From NCBI GenBank assembly GCA_965248355.1, contig OZ252098.1, positions 4,864,001 to 4,928,000 of the forward strand: 64,000 bases of DNA, in the 5' to 3' direction. Shown here in pieces: positions 50,068 through 59,720 of the stretch. How positions within the stretch are numbered: position 1 is the stretch's first letter; every line of letters starts with the position of its first letter. Source of the stretch: Candidatus Latescibacterota bacterium. Its GTDB lineage: Bacteria > Latescibacterota > UBA2968 > UBA8231. Under the pieces are notes generated by a model. The model ran no database searches. It was given only the letters and a program-made list of their open reading frames with translations, and was not told where the DNA came from. A program made the translations under genes and the position numbers.

Positions 50068-50954
50068 CCTCCAGCGGCCCTTGCGTATGCCACGAAAGCC
50101 TCCTCGAGCCCCAGGTCCGCCACTTCGACAATGTGTCCGCCCTGGGCCTGGATGCGGGCGGCCTGTTCCTCGCTGTAGCCCACCACCGTCAACAGCCGGT
50201 TCGCCCCGGTTCCCTGCACCTCCCCGAGGCCAGGGATCCCCGTCAATGGTCCCGCCTCCTCCGGCATGCGGACCGACACTCGCTTGACCGAGCCCTTCAC
50301 CTCGTCCACCGGCCCCTCGACGACCAGTCGGCCTTGCTCGATGATGGCGACCCGGTCGGCCACGCGTTCCACTTCGTGCACCAAGTGGGACGACATGAAG
50401 ACGGTTCGCCCCTCCTCCTGGATGAGGCCGATGATGCTCTCCAGGAAGTCGCGGCGAACCACCACGTCCAGCCCGGAGGCGGGCTCGTCGAGAATCAGCA
50501 GGCGAGGCTCGTGCCCCAGGGCGAGGGCGAGGGCGAGCCGGGCGTTCATGCCGCGGGAGAGGTGCTTGACCTTCTGTTCCGGATCGAGGCCGAAGCGGTC
50601 GATCATCCCCGCGACCCTTGCCGGGTCCCAGGTGTCGTAGCACTGGCCGGCGAACCAGACCAGCTCCCGCACCTTCATCCACCCGTACATGACCGGACTC
50701 TCCGGGACGTACCCCACCTGGCGCCGCAGGGCCAGCGAGTCCCGTGCCGGGTCCAGTCCGAGCACATCCACCCGTCCGGCCGTGGGGAGGAGCTGGTTCG
50801 TCAGGATTCTGATGGCCGTGGTCTTTCCGGCCCCGTTGCGACCCAGGAAGCCGCAGACCGCTCCGGTGGGGACCTCGAGGTGGAGGTCCTCCAGGACGGC
50901 GCGCTTGCCGAACCGGTGGGTCAGGCCTTCCATGGCGATTGCGGTATCAGTCAT
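50064..50954 (-). CDS. ABC transporter ATP-binding protein (YtrB-like)
   Basis: GRNGAGKTT, LSRGM, LILDEPASGLD, SSHLV. Confidence 0.95.
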   Translation of the reverse strand: MTDTAIAMEGLTHRFGKRAVLEDLHLEVPTGAVCGFLGRNGAGKTTAIRILTNQLLPTAGRVDVLGLDPARDSLALRRQVGYVPESPVMYGWMKVRELVWFAGQCYDTWDPARVAGMIDRFGLDPEQKVKHLSRGMNARLALALALGHEPRLLILDEPASGLDVVVRRDFLESIIGLIQEEGRTVFMSSHLVHEVERVADRVAIIEQGRLVVEGPVDEVKGSVKRVSVRMPEEAGPLTGIPGLGEVQGTGANRLLTVVGYSEEQAARIQAQGGHIVEVADLGLEEAFVAYARAAGG

Positions 50955-51363
50955 CGCTCCGTTTCCTCCTTCTTTGACTCTTTTCGCCGAACTGGTCCAG
51001 GCGCTCCCGGAAGACCTGGCGCATCTCCTCCGGGCTCAGCCCCAGCTCGACCGCCTGGACCAGGGCCTTGTCGAGCAACTTCCGCACGATCTCGAACCGT
51101 TCCTTCCGGCCCATGGTCACCTCCCTTTCCGCCACGTAGGTGCCCATGCCCCGCTTCTTGTAGATCAGCCCGCCGTGTTCCAGTTCGAGGTAGGCCCGCG
51201 CCACGGTGTTCGGGTTGATCAGGTACTGGCCGGACAGGGCGCGGACCGAGGGAAGCTCGTCGTGCGGTCGGAGCGCGCCGGTGGCGATCTGGTACTTGAC
51301 CTGCTCGATGATCTGCAGGTAGATGGGAACCCCGGTGGACGGGTCTATGTGCAGGTGCAGGAT
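50947..51363 (-). CDS. GntR-family regulator, YtrA subfamily; apparent non-canonical start (ATC at 51363 or CTG at 51360)
   Basis: Frame reads ILHLHIDPSTGVPIYLQIIEQVKYQIATGALRPHDELPSVRALSGQYLINPNTVARAYLELE...RGMGTYV. The ORF track start at 51204 cuts the HTH. GGGAG lies 7 nt before the ATC. Confidence 0.88.
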   Translation of the reverse strand: MLHLHIDPSTGVPIYLQIIEQVKYQIATGALRPHDELPSVRALSGQYLINPNTVARAYLELEHGGLIYKKRGMGTYVAEREVTMGRKERFEIVRKLLDKALVQAVELGLSPEEMRQVFRERLDQFGEKSQRRRKRSDD

Positions 51364-51465
51364 GAGGGCGCTCCCAAATGGTCAGGCCATGTATCGCGGC
51401 TTGCCGTTGCCGTGCAGGATCTGGATGCCGTGGAGGGGGCTGCCTGCTATCGGCTGTCAGGTGCC

Positions 51466-51491
51466 CACTGTATCAGTGAACTGATACAGTG
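51466..51491. promoter_or_regulatory. Palindromic operator, likely the YtrA/GntR autoregulatory site
   Basis: Perfect 12-bp inverted repeat CACTGTATCAGT-GA-ACTGATACAGTG immediately downstream of the -10 box. Confidence 0.8.
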
Positions 51492-51493
51492 AT

Positions 51494-51522
51494 ACTGTAC
51501 GGACCTGCTGGCGTTCAGGCAA
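51494..51522 (-). promoter_or_regulatory. Sigma70-type promoter of the gntR-ABC operon
   Basis: TTGCCT (51522-51517), 17-bp spacer, TACAGT (51499-51494). Confidence 0.7.
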
Positions 51523-51670
51523 GTGCCTTTACGCAGGTTGGCCTTGAGCGTTCAACGCGAGGGCCGCCGTCGGCGATGCCGGACACCTCGACCGAAGCAC
51601 GTCGGAAGTCTGGCAGGCCTTGACTTGACCTGTTTATGGTCCATTTTCAGTCCGAAAGGGAGGTGGCCCC

Positions 51671-51946
51671 ATGAAGCTGTCCAGTCAGATCAAGCCGATC
51701 AGTTACCTCAAGGCTCACGCTGCTGAAATCGTGCGCACGCTCGGGGACCAGCAGGAACCCTTGATCATCACCCAGAATGGCGAAGCCAAGGTGGTCGTGC
51801 AGGACATCGACAGCTACGAGCGGATGCAGGAGACCGTTGCCTTGCTCAAGATCCTCGCGCTGGGCAGCCGCCAGATCGAAGCGGGTCAGGTGCAGCCCGC
51901 CGCCGACGTGATCGCACGGCTACGGAAGCGGCAACAGGGTGAGTGA
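51671..51946 (+). CDS. Phd/YefM-family antitoxin
   Basis: IKPISYLKAHAAEIV...PLIITQNGEAKVVVQD..SYE; GGAGG RBS. Confidence 0.92.
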   Translation: MKLSSQIKPISYLKAHAAEIVRTLGDQQEPLIITQNGEAKVVVQDIDSYERMQETVALLKILALGSRQIEAGQVQPAADVIARLRKRQQGE

Positions 51947-52272
51947 TGTCCTTCCCGGTCCACTTGACCGACGACGCTGCGCGAGACTTGGAGGAGATCT
52001 GCGACTACATCGATCGGCATGACGAGCCGGGCCGGGCGGACCATGTGATTGAGCAGATCGAGAAGGCTTTCGGCCGTCTGTCCGACTATACCGAGCGAGG
52101 GAACTACCCGAGGGAACTGCTGGACCTCGGGATTCGGGAATACCGCGAGATCTCTTTCAAGCCCTACCGCATCATCTACCGGGTGATGGAAGACAACGTC
52201 CATGTCCTCGTCGTCGCCGATGGGCGGCGTGACATGCAGACGTTGCTGCAACGGCGCCTGCTGCAGGCGTGA
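51946..52272 (+). CDS. RelE/ParE-family toxin
   Basis: VHLTDDAARDLEEICDYI...YREI..KPYRIIYRV...VADGRRD; ATG overlaps the antitoxin TGA. Confidence 0.92.
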   Translation: MSFPVHLTDDAARDLEEICDYIDRHDEPGRADHVIEQIEKAFGRLSDYTERGNYPRELLDLGIREYREISFKPYRIIYRVMEDNVHVLVVADGRRDMQTLLQRRLLQA

Positions 52273-52742
52273 GCTTCCACCAGCCTTGGCCCGACCACCA
52301 TGCCCCCACCCCTCTCCAGCGATGCCCTCCCGTGGTGCCAGGGCATCCGCCCGCCGCGCCGGGAGGGGCATCCGGCCCCCGATTGCATCCAGATCCCCCA
52401 GCTGCGCAGGCCCGGACCTGCTCCAGGAGCGCCGGGGCCGCCTCAGACGATCCAGGACTCCCGGAGGTATGCGCCGCAGCCCAGCTCATCCATCAGTACG
52501 GCCCCCGGGCGGCGCTCAACTTCGCCGACGCGCGGCTGATCACCACATGCCCCTTTTCCCGGGGACCCGGCGGCCTTGTTCCTTCATTCTATTGGGCGCC
52601 AGGCGGTATCGGGCGCGACACGCAGTGATCTGACAGAGGGGAGAACGGGATGCAGCAGGAGAGCGGGGGCTCCCGCATGGCGGTCGGTCCTGACCTGGGA
52701 CGGCCGCCGCTGCCCGCGATGCAGGGCGGTGGGTCATTCACC

Positions 52743-53742
52743 ATGAATGAAGGCGTGGCCGAGTCCCTCCTGACCCGGGCCGCCGGCGCCGCCCGCGAGG
52801 GCAATCTGGCTACGCTGGATCGCATCCTGTCGGAGTCGCCGGACGTGGTCGCGGCGCGGGATGGGGATGGCCGCACCCTGCTGGACCTCGCCTGCCGGGC
52901 CGCCACCGGCGACATCGCCATCCCCCTGGTGCCCGGCACCCCGGAACAGCACGCCGCCGTGGACCGCATCCTCGCCGCCGGCGCCGACGCCTCGACCGCC
53001 GATGACGACGGCTGGACGCCCCTGCACACGGCGGCCATGGCGGGCCATGCCGACCTGGCGCGGCGCCTGGTACGGGCCGGGGCCTCGGTCCGGGCCAACG
53101 CCCACGGCCGGGAAGGCGGTTCCCCCCTGTCGTACGCCCTCTTCTACGCCAAGGCCTACATGGCCGACGCCCTGGCGCCGGTCTGTCCCGACAACCTGAG
53201 GACCGCCGCCGCCCTGGGCCGCGGCCTGCACCGCTTCGTTCACCGCAACGGCGAGCTGGCGCCGGCGGCACTGGAAGGGCTGGGCTTCTACGCTCCCGTC
53301 TTCTTTCCGGCCTGGGAACGGACCCTCGAGCGCCAGGAAGTCCTCGACGAGGCCCTGTGCTGGGCCGCCCGCAACAACCAGCGCGGATCGATGCAGGCTC
53401 TCGTCGCCCTCGGGGCCGATGTCAACGCCAACCCCCTTTCGCGGAACGCCCCTGCTCTGGGCCTGCTACAGCGACAAGGTGGAAGCCGCCGTCTGGCTGC
53501 TGGACCACGGCGCCGACCCGGACCTGCGCCACGACTGGGGAGGCGAGGGCCACGGCGTGCAGGCGGTGGCCATGCATCTGGCGGCGCAGCACGGCGCCGT
53601 CGACTGTCTGAACCTGCTCCTCGACCGGGGGGCGGATCCCACGGTGGTCGATGCCGCCCACGGCGGCACGCCGCTGGGATGGGCGGAGCACGGCGGGGCG
53701 ACGGCGGCGGTCGAGATCCTCAGGCGAAGGGCCGGAGGGTAG
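52743..53742 (+). pseudogene. Ankyrin-repeat protein with a 1-nt frameshift in the C run at 53432-53436
   Basis: DGRTLL, GWTPLHTAA..GH, GGSPLSYA, GADVNANP|FRGTPLLWA, LLDHGADP, GGTPLGWA. Confidence 0.85.
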
Positions 53743-53749
53743 CACCGAA

Positions 53750-53773
53750 GGGAAGGGAACCGTCTCCCTTCCC
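53750..53773. terminator. Hairpin between convergent genes, possible terminator
   Basis: gggaaggga-accgtc-tcccttccc between the ankyrin and sulfatase stops; weak U tract. Confidence 0.45.
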
Positions 53774-53801
53774 GTCTTCCGGGAGTGTCCGTACTGGCTC
53801 G

Positions 53802-55238
53802 TCAGCCCAGGCACCACTCGTAGGGACCGGGCCCCGTGTGTCCCACCATCCCGGCGATCTGCCCGCCCATGGAGGCGACCCGCTCCTGATGCTCCGGACG
53901 GCCGACCAGGTTGTTCATCTCGCCCGGGTCGGTCCTCAAGTCATACAGCTCGTCGATATCGAAGCGGTTGCGGACGTACTTCCAGTCCCCGTCGCGGACC
54001 ATCACGTGGGCGGCGAGCTGCTCCGGATCTTCGGCCCACTGGAAGATCGCCTCCTGGCTGGAGATCTCGGCGAAGACGGGCCGCGGCTCGGGCTCCCGTC
54101 CGTCGAGGAGGGCCTCGGCCACGGAGCGTCCATCGATCGGGGACGGCGGGGCCTGCCCGGCGAGGTCGAGCAGCGTCGGCATGAGGTCGACGCCGGCGAG
54201 GGGCGCGGCGACCCGGTGGCCGCGCGGCAGATGCCCGGGCCAGGAGATCAGGCAGGGCACCCGCACCGAGGCCTCGTACATCAGGCACTTCTGCACAAAG
54301 CCGTGGTCGCCCAGCAGCTCGCCGTGGTCGCTCATGAAGACGAGGATCGTATCGTCGAGCAGATCCTGCTCCTCGAGGGCGGTGACGATGCGGCCGACTT
54401 GCGTGTCGATGTGGGTGATGAGGGCGAAGTAGTGGGCCATGGAGCGGCGGAACTGCTCGTCGGTTACCGTGGGAGGAATGCGGAAGTTCCAACGCCGTTG
54501 AAAGGCGGGCTTGCCTTCGAGTGGATCCCGCAGGGAGGCGGGCAGGGGCATCTGTTCTTCCGGGTAGCGCGCCAGGAGCTCGGGCGGGACCAGTACCCGG
54601 GGATGGGGATCCTTGACGCTGGCCCACAGAAGGAACGGGGCGTCGCCGGACTGGCGGATGAACTCGAGGCTGCGGTCGACGGTCCAGGTGGTGCGCTGCT
54701 GACGGGGGTCCTGGAGGGTGCCGAACTCCAGGGTGTTCGCGTACTGGGTCATCCCCGGCGCGTCCTTGAGATAGAGGTTGGGAACTCCCTCTCGCTCGAA
54801 GTACTCGAACAGCCGGTCCGGGTATTCCCCCTGGTAGCGGTAGGCGCGCCAGAAGTCGGTGAACCCGTGCTGCGGCTGGTGATCGTCGCCGAGGTGCCAA
54901 GGCCCCACGAGGCCGCAGCGGTATCCCGCGGCCTTCAGGACATCTCCGATGGTGACGCGGTCGGGAGGCAGGCGGGTGCCCGGAACGCCCTTCTTGCTTG
55001 GGCTGTAGTTGCGCAGTTGCCGGTGGGCATGGGGATAGAGGCCGGTGAGCCAACTCGCCCGGGCGGGTGAGCAGACGGGCGAGGCGCAGTAGGCGTTCTC
55101 GAAGCAGACGCCGGCGGCGGCCAGCCGGTCCAGATTCGGGGTCCGCACCGTGGGGCTGCCGGCGAAGCCGGCGGCGTCCCAGCGCATCTGATCGCACATG
55201 ACCAGGATGACGTTCGGTTGGGAAGCTAGCCCGGCCAT
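53802..55238 (-). CDS. Formylglycine-dependent sulfatase (S1 family, Cys type)
   Basis: PNVILVMCDQ, RTPNLDRLA, CSPARASWLTG, DPHP, SDHG..LGDHG, ELYDL..DPGEMNNL. Confidence 0.93.
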   Translation of the reverse strand: MAGLASQPNVILVMCDQMRWDAAGFAGSPTVRTPNLDRLAAAGVCFENAYCASPVCSPARASWLTGLYPHAHRQLRNYSPSKKGVPGTRLPPDRVTIGDVLKAAGYRCGLVGPWHLGDDHQPQHGFTDFWRAYRYQGEYPDRLFEYFEREGVPNLYLKDAPGMTQYANTLEFGTLQDPRQQRTTWTVDRSLEFIRQSGDAPFLLWASVKDPHPRVLVPPELLARYPEEQMPLPASLRDPLEGKPAFQRRWNFRIPPTVTDEQFRRSMAHYFALITHIDTQVGRIVTALEEQDLLDDTILVFMSDHGELLGDHGFVQKCLMYEASVRVPCLISWPGHLPRGHRVAAPLAGVDLMPTLLDLAGQAPPSPIDGRSVAEALLDGREPEPRPVFAEISSQEAIFQWAEDPEQLAAHVMVRDGDWKYVRNRFDIDELYDLRTDPGEMNNLVGRPEHQERVASMGGQIAGMVGHTGPGPYEWCLG

Positions 55239-55783
55239 ATCCTCTCGAAGGCCAACCGGCCCGGTTGCTCTTCCCGCAGGTGGTACACGTCGGGGTTGGT
55301 CAGGGACTCCCATCCTCCGTGGCCGAAGGCGGGATCCAGGGAGTGCAGGACCAGGGCCATCAAGTTGCCGTGGGTTACGACGAGGGGCAGGGCGTGCCCT
55401 GCTTCCATCACATCGTCCAATGCCGCCCAGGCGCGCAGCAGGACCTCCCGCGCCGACTCGCCTCCGGGTGCGCGGAGATCGTGGTCGTCGAAGGAGTCGC
55501 GCACCACGGCCTTCCAGTTCTCGACAGGCTCCGCCGACAGGGTCCGCTCGTTCAACCGGCTGTCCATGTGGATCGGCAGGTCCGCCTCCGCCGCGTACGG
55601 CTCGATGCTCTGCCGGGCCCGCCGGAAGCGGCTTGCGGCGAGGAAGTCGATCGGATACTCCGACAGGAACCGGGACAGCCCTTGAGCCTGGGCAAGCCCT
55701 TCAGCGGTGAGCACGGCGTCCGGCTCCTGGCCGGCCGCCTGGCAGTGCCGCACCAGGATCAGGTTCCGCGGGGGCCTGGGCAC
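55226..55783 (-). CDS. Histidine phosphatase (phosphoglycerate mutase-like) family protein
   Basis: LILVRHCQ, LT.EG..QA, S...RARQS, LNER, PGGES, VVTHG. Confidence 0.88.
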   Translation of the reverse strand: MPRPPRNLILVRHCQAAGQEPDAVLTAEGLAQAQGLSRFLSEYPIDFLAASRFRRARQSIEPYAAEADLPIHMDSRLNERTLSAEPVENWKAVVRDSFDDHDLRAPGGESAREVLLRAWAALDDVMEAGHALPLVVTHGNLMALVLHSLDPAFGHGGWESLTNPDVYHLREEQPGRLAFERIWPG

Positions 55784-55800
55784 GCTGGCCGGGGCCCCGC

Positions 55801-56211
55801 TCAGGCGACCGCCGCGAGAGCCGAGACCTCGACGAGGAAGTCCTCGTTCGCCAGGCCGCCCACCACCAGCAGCGTCGCCGGGGGATAGACGCCTTCGGGG
55901 TAGGCGTCGTCGAAGATGGCCGTCCTCGCCTCGATGAAGCCTGCCACATTCCCGCGGCCGACGATGTAGTAGGTGAACTCGATGACGTCGGCGAAGGATC
56001 CGCCGGCGGCCTCGAGGACGCCCTCCAGGTTGCGGAAGACCTGCCGCGTCTGGGCGGCCACGTCGCCTTCGCCGACGAACTCTCCGCCGGTATCGATGGA
56101 CACCTGTCCGGCCACCACGAGCAGGGAGCCGCCTTCGACGCGGGCGGCGTGGGAGTACTTCCCGGTCGGCGGATGGACGCCCTCCGGGCGAAGGATCTGG
56201 TGGGTGGGCAT
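55801..56211 (-). CDS. RidA/YjgF family protein
   Basis: YSHA, VAGQV, QTRQVFRNL, YPPATLL.V..L, LVEV.A.A. Confidence 0.9.
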   Translation of the reverse strand: MPTHQILRPEGVHPPTGKYSHAARVEGGSLLVVAGQVSIDTGGEFVGEGDVAAQTRQVFRNLEGVLEAAGGSFADVIEFTYYIVGRGNVAGFIEARTAIFDDAYPEGVYPPATLLVVGGLANEDFLVEVSALAAVA

Positions 56212-56222
56212 GGAGATTCCCC

Positions 56223-57095
56223 TCACATCGTCGGGAGGCCGAGCAGCCTCGCTCCGTTGTTGTGCGTGATGTCGATGAAGTGGTCGTCCTCCGACTCGCA
56301 GCCGTCGCGCAGCAGCGGCAGCATGAGGCCGGCCAGGCAGGGCCGGGAGCTGCCGTCCTGGAGGTTCCCGCGCCCGTCGACGCAGGGGCAGTCGGTGCCC
56401 CACAGGAGCCGGGCGCGGTGCCGCTTGAGGAAGTCGCGCGTGAAGCCGGGGTCCCTGTGGAGCCCGAAACAGCCCGAGCGGGCCGAGAGGTCGCCGTAGA
56501 GGTTGGGACACTCGGTCAGCAGCCGGTCGGTGAGCCCCACGGGCTTCACGGGCCCCGCGGGATAGTCGGCGAAGTCCGGGGCCCGCGGGTCGGTGACGGC
56601 GTCGGCGCTGATGTTCGTCCACCAGGCCATGGCATGGCCGATGAAGGTCGTCTCCGGCAGGGAGCGGACCACGCCCTCCAGGGCGGGGAAGTTGGAGCCG
56701 AAGACGCCGGTGTAGTCCATGTGGATGAGCACGGGCCAACCGACCTCGCCGCACAGCCGGTAGATCTCCAGGCATCGGGGGTGGTCGACGGGCAGGCGGT
56801 TCTTCTGCTCGCCGAAGCCCTTCACGACGCCGGTCTCGTGCAGGGCCCGGAGACGCTCCAGGGCGTCCGGGCTCAGGGGATCGACGTTGCCGAAGGGGAT
56901 CGTCTCCTCGGGGTGGGCCGCGTGCGCCTCGAGGGCGCCGCGGGTGGACCAGGCGTCGTCGTCCCCCACCGCCGAGGTCGGTCCCGGCTCGATGGGCAGG
57001 AGCACGGAGAGCCCCCCGCCGTGAGCGCCGATATGGCGGCGCACACCGTCGAGGGTACGGCCGCCGTGGCCCAGGTGGGTGTGGAAGTCGATCAC
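56223..57095 (-). CDS. Amidohydrolase_2 family metallohydrolase
   Basis: MIDFHTH, GFGE.K, PVLIH, FIGHA, NLYGDLS, LLWGTD. Confidence 0.9.
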   Translation of the reverse strand: MIDFHTHLGHGGRTLDGVRRHIGAHGGGLSVLLPIEPGPTSAVGDDDAWSTRGALEAHAAHPEETIPFGNVDPLSPDALERLRALHETGVVKGFGEQKNRLPVDHPRCLEIYRLCGEVGWPVLIHMDYTGVFGSNFPALEGVVRSLPETTFIGHAMAWWTNISADAVTDPRAPDFADYPAGPVKPVGLTDRLLTECPNLYGDLSARSGCFGLHRDPGFTRDFLKRHRARLLWGTDCPCVDGRGNLQDGSSRPCLAGLMLPLLRDGCESEDDHFIDITHNNGARLLGLPTM

Positions 57096-58423
57096 GCGCC
57101 GGCTTCCGCCAGCCGGCGGGCGTGGGCGGCCACCTTGGCGAAGGCCTGCGCGTACTGGTCGATCAGCTCGTCCGCCGGGCGTGTGAAGGCGGGCAGCTGG
57201 ATCGTGTCACAGGGCACCTCCGGGTCTTCGGTGACCGGGAGGACGAGGCTCTTGTAGTCGATCCTACTCGCCGCCGGGCCGAGAACCTCCCACAGGATCT
57301 CCTCCGTCCCGTGCTCGTCACCGGCGAAGACGGGGTGCTTGTGGAGCATCCGCCAGAGGTCGGTGTGAGGGATGCGGGTATCCTTGCGGGCCGGCGACGT
57401 CACCTGCGCGCCCTCGGCGAGCAGGACCTCCATCAGCCGCTCGCGGGTCAGGCCCCCGAGCTTGTCGGGGGAAAAGGTGATCCGTCCACTGTGGTACGGC
57501 GAGGGGAAGTAGTCGGGGAAGTCCGGTGCGGCGAAGCCGTCGATCTCCGCGATGGCGCGGCCCAGCTTGTCGTCGTTGGCGTGGCGCAGGTCAAGCCGCT
57601 TGCGCCAGTGCTTCATCTGCACCACCCCGATGGCCGCCGTGAGCGTCGCCATGCGGTACTTCTCGCCGAAGCTGAAGCCGCTCACCGCCCGCCACCTCGG
57701 ATCCGGCAGCTCCTTCAGCCGCTCGTAGTGGCCGAGGCTGGCGGCGCGCTGGTAGATCTCCTCGGAGTTGGTCATGAAGACCCCGCCCTCGCCCGCGGAG
57801 GTCAGCTTGCCGTGCTGGAAGCTGAGGGCGGAGGCGTGGCCGATCGATCCGCCCATCCGGCCGCGGTGGGTCGTCCCCTGCGAGACGGCGCAGTCCTCCA
57901 CCACCTTCAGGCCGCGGCGTGACGCGATCTCCATGATGGCGTCCATGTCGGCGGGAATGCCCTTCCAGTGGACGACCATGATCGCCCGGGTCCGCTCGGT
58001 GATCCTGGACTCCAGATCCACGGGGTCGAGAGTCATGGTCAGCGGGTCGATGTCGGCGAAGACGGGCACCGCCCCGCAGCCGATGATGGGCAGGCAGCCG
58101 AAGGGATGGACCGCCGACTGGCAGATGACCTCGTCGCCGGGGACCACTCCGACCCCGAAGAGGGCCGAGCGCAGGGCCGCCGTGCCGCTGGAGTGGGCCA
58201 GGGCGTGGCGCACGCCCCAGGTCTCGGCGACCCTCTGCTCCAACTCCGTGATCGGCCCCTTCTCCCCCTGGGAGCTCGACAGGGCATGGTTGCGGATGAG
58301 GTCCGCCGTTGCCTCGACCTCCTCCTCCGTATAGATCGGCCACTGGGTGAAGGGGCCGTGGTCGATGGTCACGGCGGGGGTGCCGCCGAGGGCTGCTGGC
58401 ACGGTTCTCATCTCAGGCACCAC
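57092..58423 (-). CDS. DegT/DnrJ/EryC1/StrS PLP-dependent aminotransferase
   Basis: SSGTAAL, GAVPVFADID, VVEDCA, SFQHGKLTSAGEGG, KYRM. Start GTG 58423 or ATG 58411. Confidence 0.92.
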   Translation of the reverse strand: MVPEMRTVPAALGGTPAVTIDHGPFTQWPIYTEEEVEATADLIRNHALSSSQGEKGPITELEQRVAETWGVRHALAHSSGTAALRSALFGVGVVPGDEVICQSAVHPFGCLPIIGCGAVPVFADIDPLTMTLDPVDLESRITERTRAIMVVHWKGIPADMDAIMEIASRRGLKVVEDCAVSQGTTHRGRMGGSIGHASALSFQHGKLTSAGEGGVFMTNSEEIYQRAASLGHYERLKELPDPRWRAVSGFSFGEKYRMATLTAAIGVVQMKHWRKRLDLRHANDDKLGRAIAEIDGFAAPDFPDYFPSPYHSGRITFSPDKLGGLTRERLMEVLLAEGAQVTSPARKDTRIPHTDLWRMLHKHPVFAGDEHGTEEILWEVLGPAASRIDYKSLVLPVTEDPEVPCDTIQLPAFTRPADELIDQYAQAFAKVAAHARRLAEAGA

Positions 58424-58670
58424 CCCCTGCTCTCCAGGCCTCGTTGCCCTGGGCGGAGCCGCTGTCCACCTCGGGATGAAGATTGTCCGCCGTCACCTGT
58501 CCCAGCATGTCGTCCAGGTCATAGGCCCCCTTGCACATCACGAGCTGGTCGCCTTGCGAGACCATCTCGATGGCGGAGCCCTCGCGAACCCCCCACTGCT
58601 CGGCGATCGGCTTGGGGATGCGCACCGCCAGGCTGGTGCCCCACTTGGCGATGCGGGATTTCGTTCCCAT
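58413..58670 (-). CDS. mazE: AbrB/MazE-family antitoxin, orphan
   Basis: IAKWGTSLAVRIPK...YDLDDML..VTADNLHPEVD.G.AQGNEAW; GAGG RBS; no mazF follows. Confidence 0.85.
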   Translation of the reverse strand: MGTKSRIAKWGTSLAVRIPKPIAEQWGVREGSAIEMVSQGDQLVMCKGAYDLDDMLGQVTADNLHPEVDSGSAQGNEAWRAGGGA

Positions 58671-58687
58671 TGAGTACCTCCTGCTGG

Positions 58688-59716
58688 TCATTCCCTTGGA
58701 AGAGGCAGGTCGATTCTGGCGTTGTCCCGGGCCTGGGAGTGCAGGGCGGCGAGCATGATCTCCAGGGTGTGGCGGGCCCGCCGCGGGGGAGAGCTGCTCA
58801 CCGCCGTCCCCTGGATCATCTCCGCCAGTTCCTCCACCGCGGGGATGAGGGCGGCGCCGAAGGGGTCGGGGTAGGCGGCGCCGTTCTCCGAGGAGACGGG
58901 GACCAGGTTCCCCTGGGCCGCGTCGGTGGTCCAGACCTGGCAGTGCTGGTCGCTGACCACGATGCGCCCATCCGGCCCCTGCAGGTCGAACTCGAAGAGC
59001 AGCGGCGTCAGCTTGGCGCTGTTGATCAGGGCGCGGGCCCCGTTGGCGAACTCGACGATGATCGTTGAGCCCGGGTCGTGCTGCGGGTCCCGGCCCCCCT
59101 TGCCGTCGTACACCAGGCCGTACTCCTCGAAGCCGCGCTCGTGGGCGGCGATCACCCAGACGGGCTCGGCCTCGGCGAAGTAGCAGACCGCGTCCACGAG
59201 GTGGGTGCCGTTGCGGAACAGCATGGAGCGCCGGCCTCCCATGTGGGCGACGATGCGGGTCAGAGGGCCGACGGCGCCGGCGCGCACGGCCTGGCGCACC
59301 TCCCGGTAGCGCGGATTCCAGCTGCGGGTGTGGTCCACCGACATGCAGGTGCCGTGGCCCTCCACGGTGGCGATCATGCGGTCGGCGTCGGCCAGGGTGG
59401 TGGCCAGCGGTTTCTCGCAGAAGATCCCCCTGACGCCGGCCTCCGAGGCATGGCATGCGGCGTCGGCGTGCAGGTGATCGGGGGTGGCGACGCTGATCAC
59501 GTCGAGGTTCTCCCGCTCCAGCATGAGGCGGTAGTCGGTGTATTCGCCGATGCGGCCCGCAGGGATCTCAGCCCGCTCGTAAAACCGCGGCATGACATCC
59601 GGATTGATATCGCAGACGGCGGCCAGGTCGTACCGGGGGGAACGGGCGTAGGCCCAGGCGTGGGAGCCGCCGAGGCCGCCGCCGATGACCGCGGCGCGCA
59701 GGGTGTCGCCGCTCAT
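58688..59716 (-). CDS. Gfo/Idh/MocA NAD(P)-dependent oxidoreductase
   Basis: AAVIGGGLG, VATPDHLH, IFCEKPLA, GTHLVD. Confidence 0.92.
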   Translation of the reverse strand: MSGDTLRAAVIGGGLGGSHAWAYARSPRYDLAAVCDINPDVMPRFYERAEIPAGRIGEYTDYRLMLERENLDVISVATPDHLHADAACHASEAGVRGIFCEKPLATTLADADRMIATVEGHGTCMSVDHTRSWNPRYREVRQAVRAGAVGPLTRIVAHMGGRRSMLFRNGTHLVDAVCYFAEAEPVWVIAAHERGFEEYGLVYDGKGGRDPQHDPGSTIIVEFANGARALINSAKLTPLLFEFDLQGPDGRIVVSDQHCQVWTTDAAQGNLVPVSSENGAAYPDPFGAALIPAVEELAEMIQGTAVSSSPPRRARHTLEIMLAALHSQARDNARIDLPLPRE

Positions 59717-59720
59717 GGCC

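Noticed and set aside
42840..55070. Long ORF 42840..45293 (+), the 5' extension of 47983..50682 and the 3' extension of 52650..55070
   Set aside because: Antisense or off-frame shadows of the ABC and sulfatase genes; the last arises from the ankyrin frameshift.
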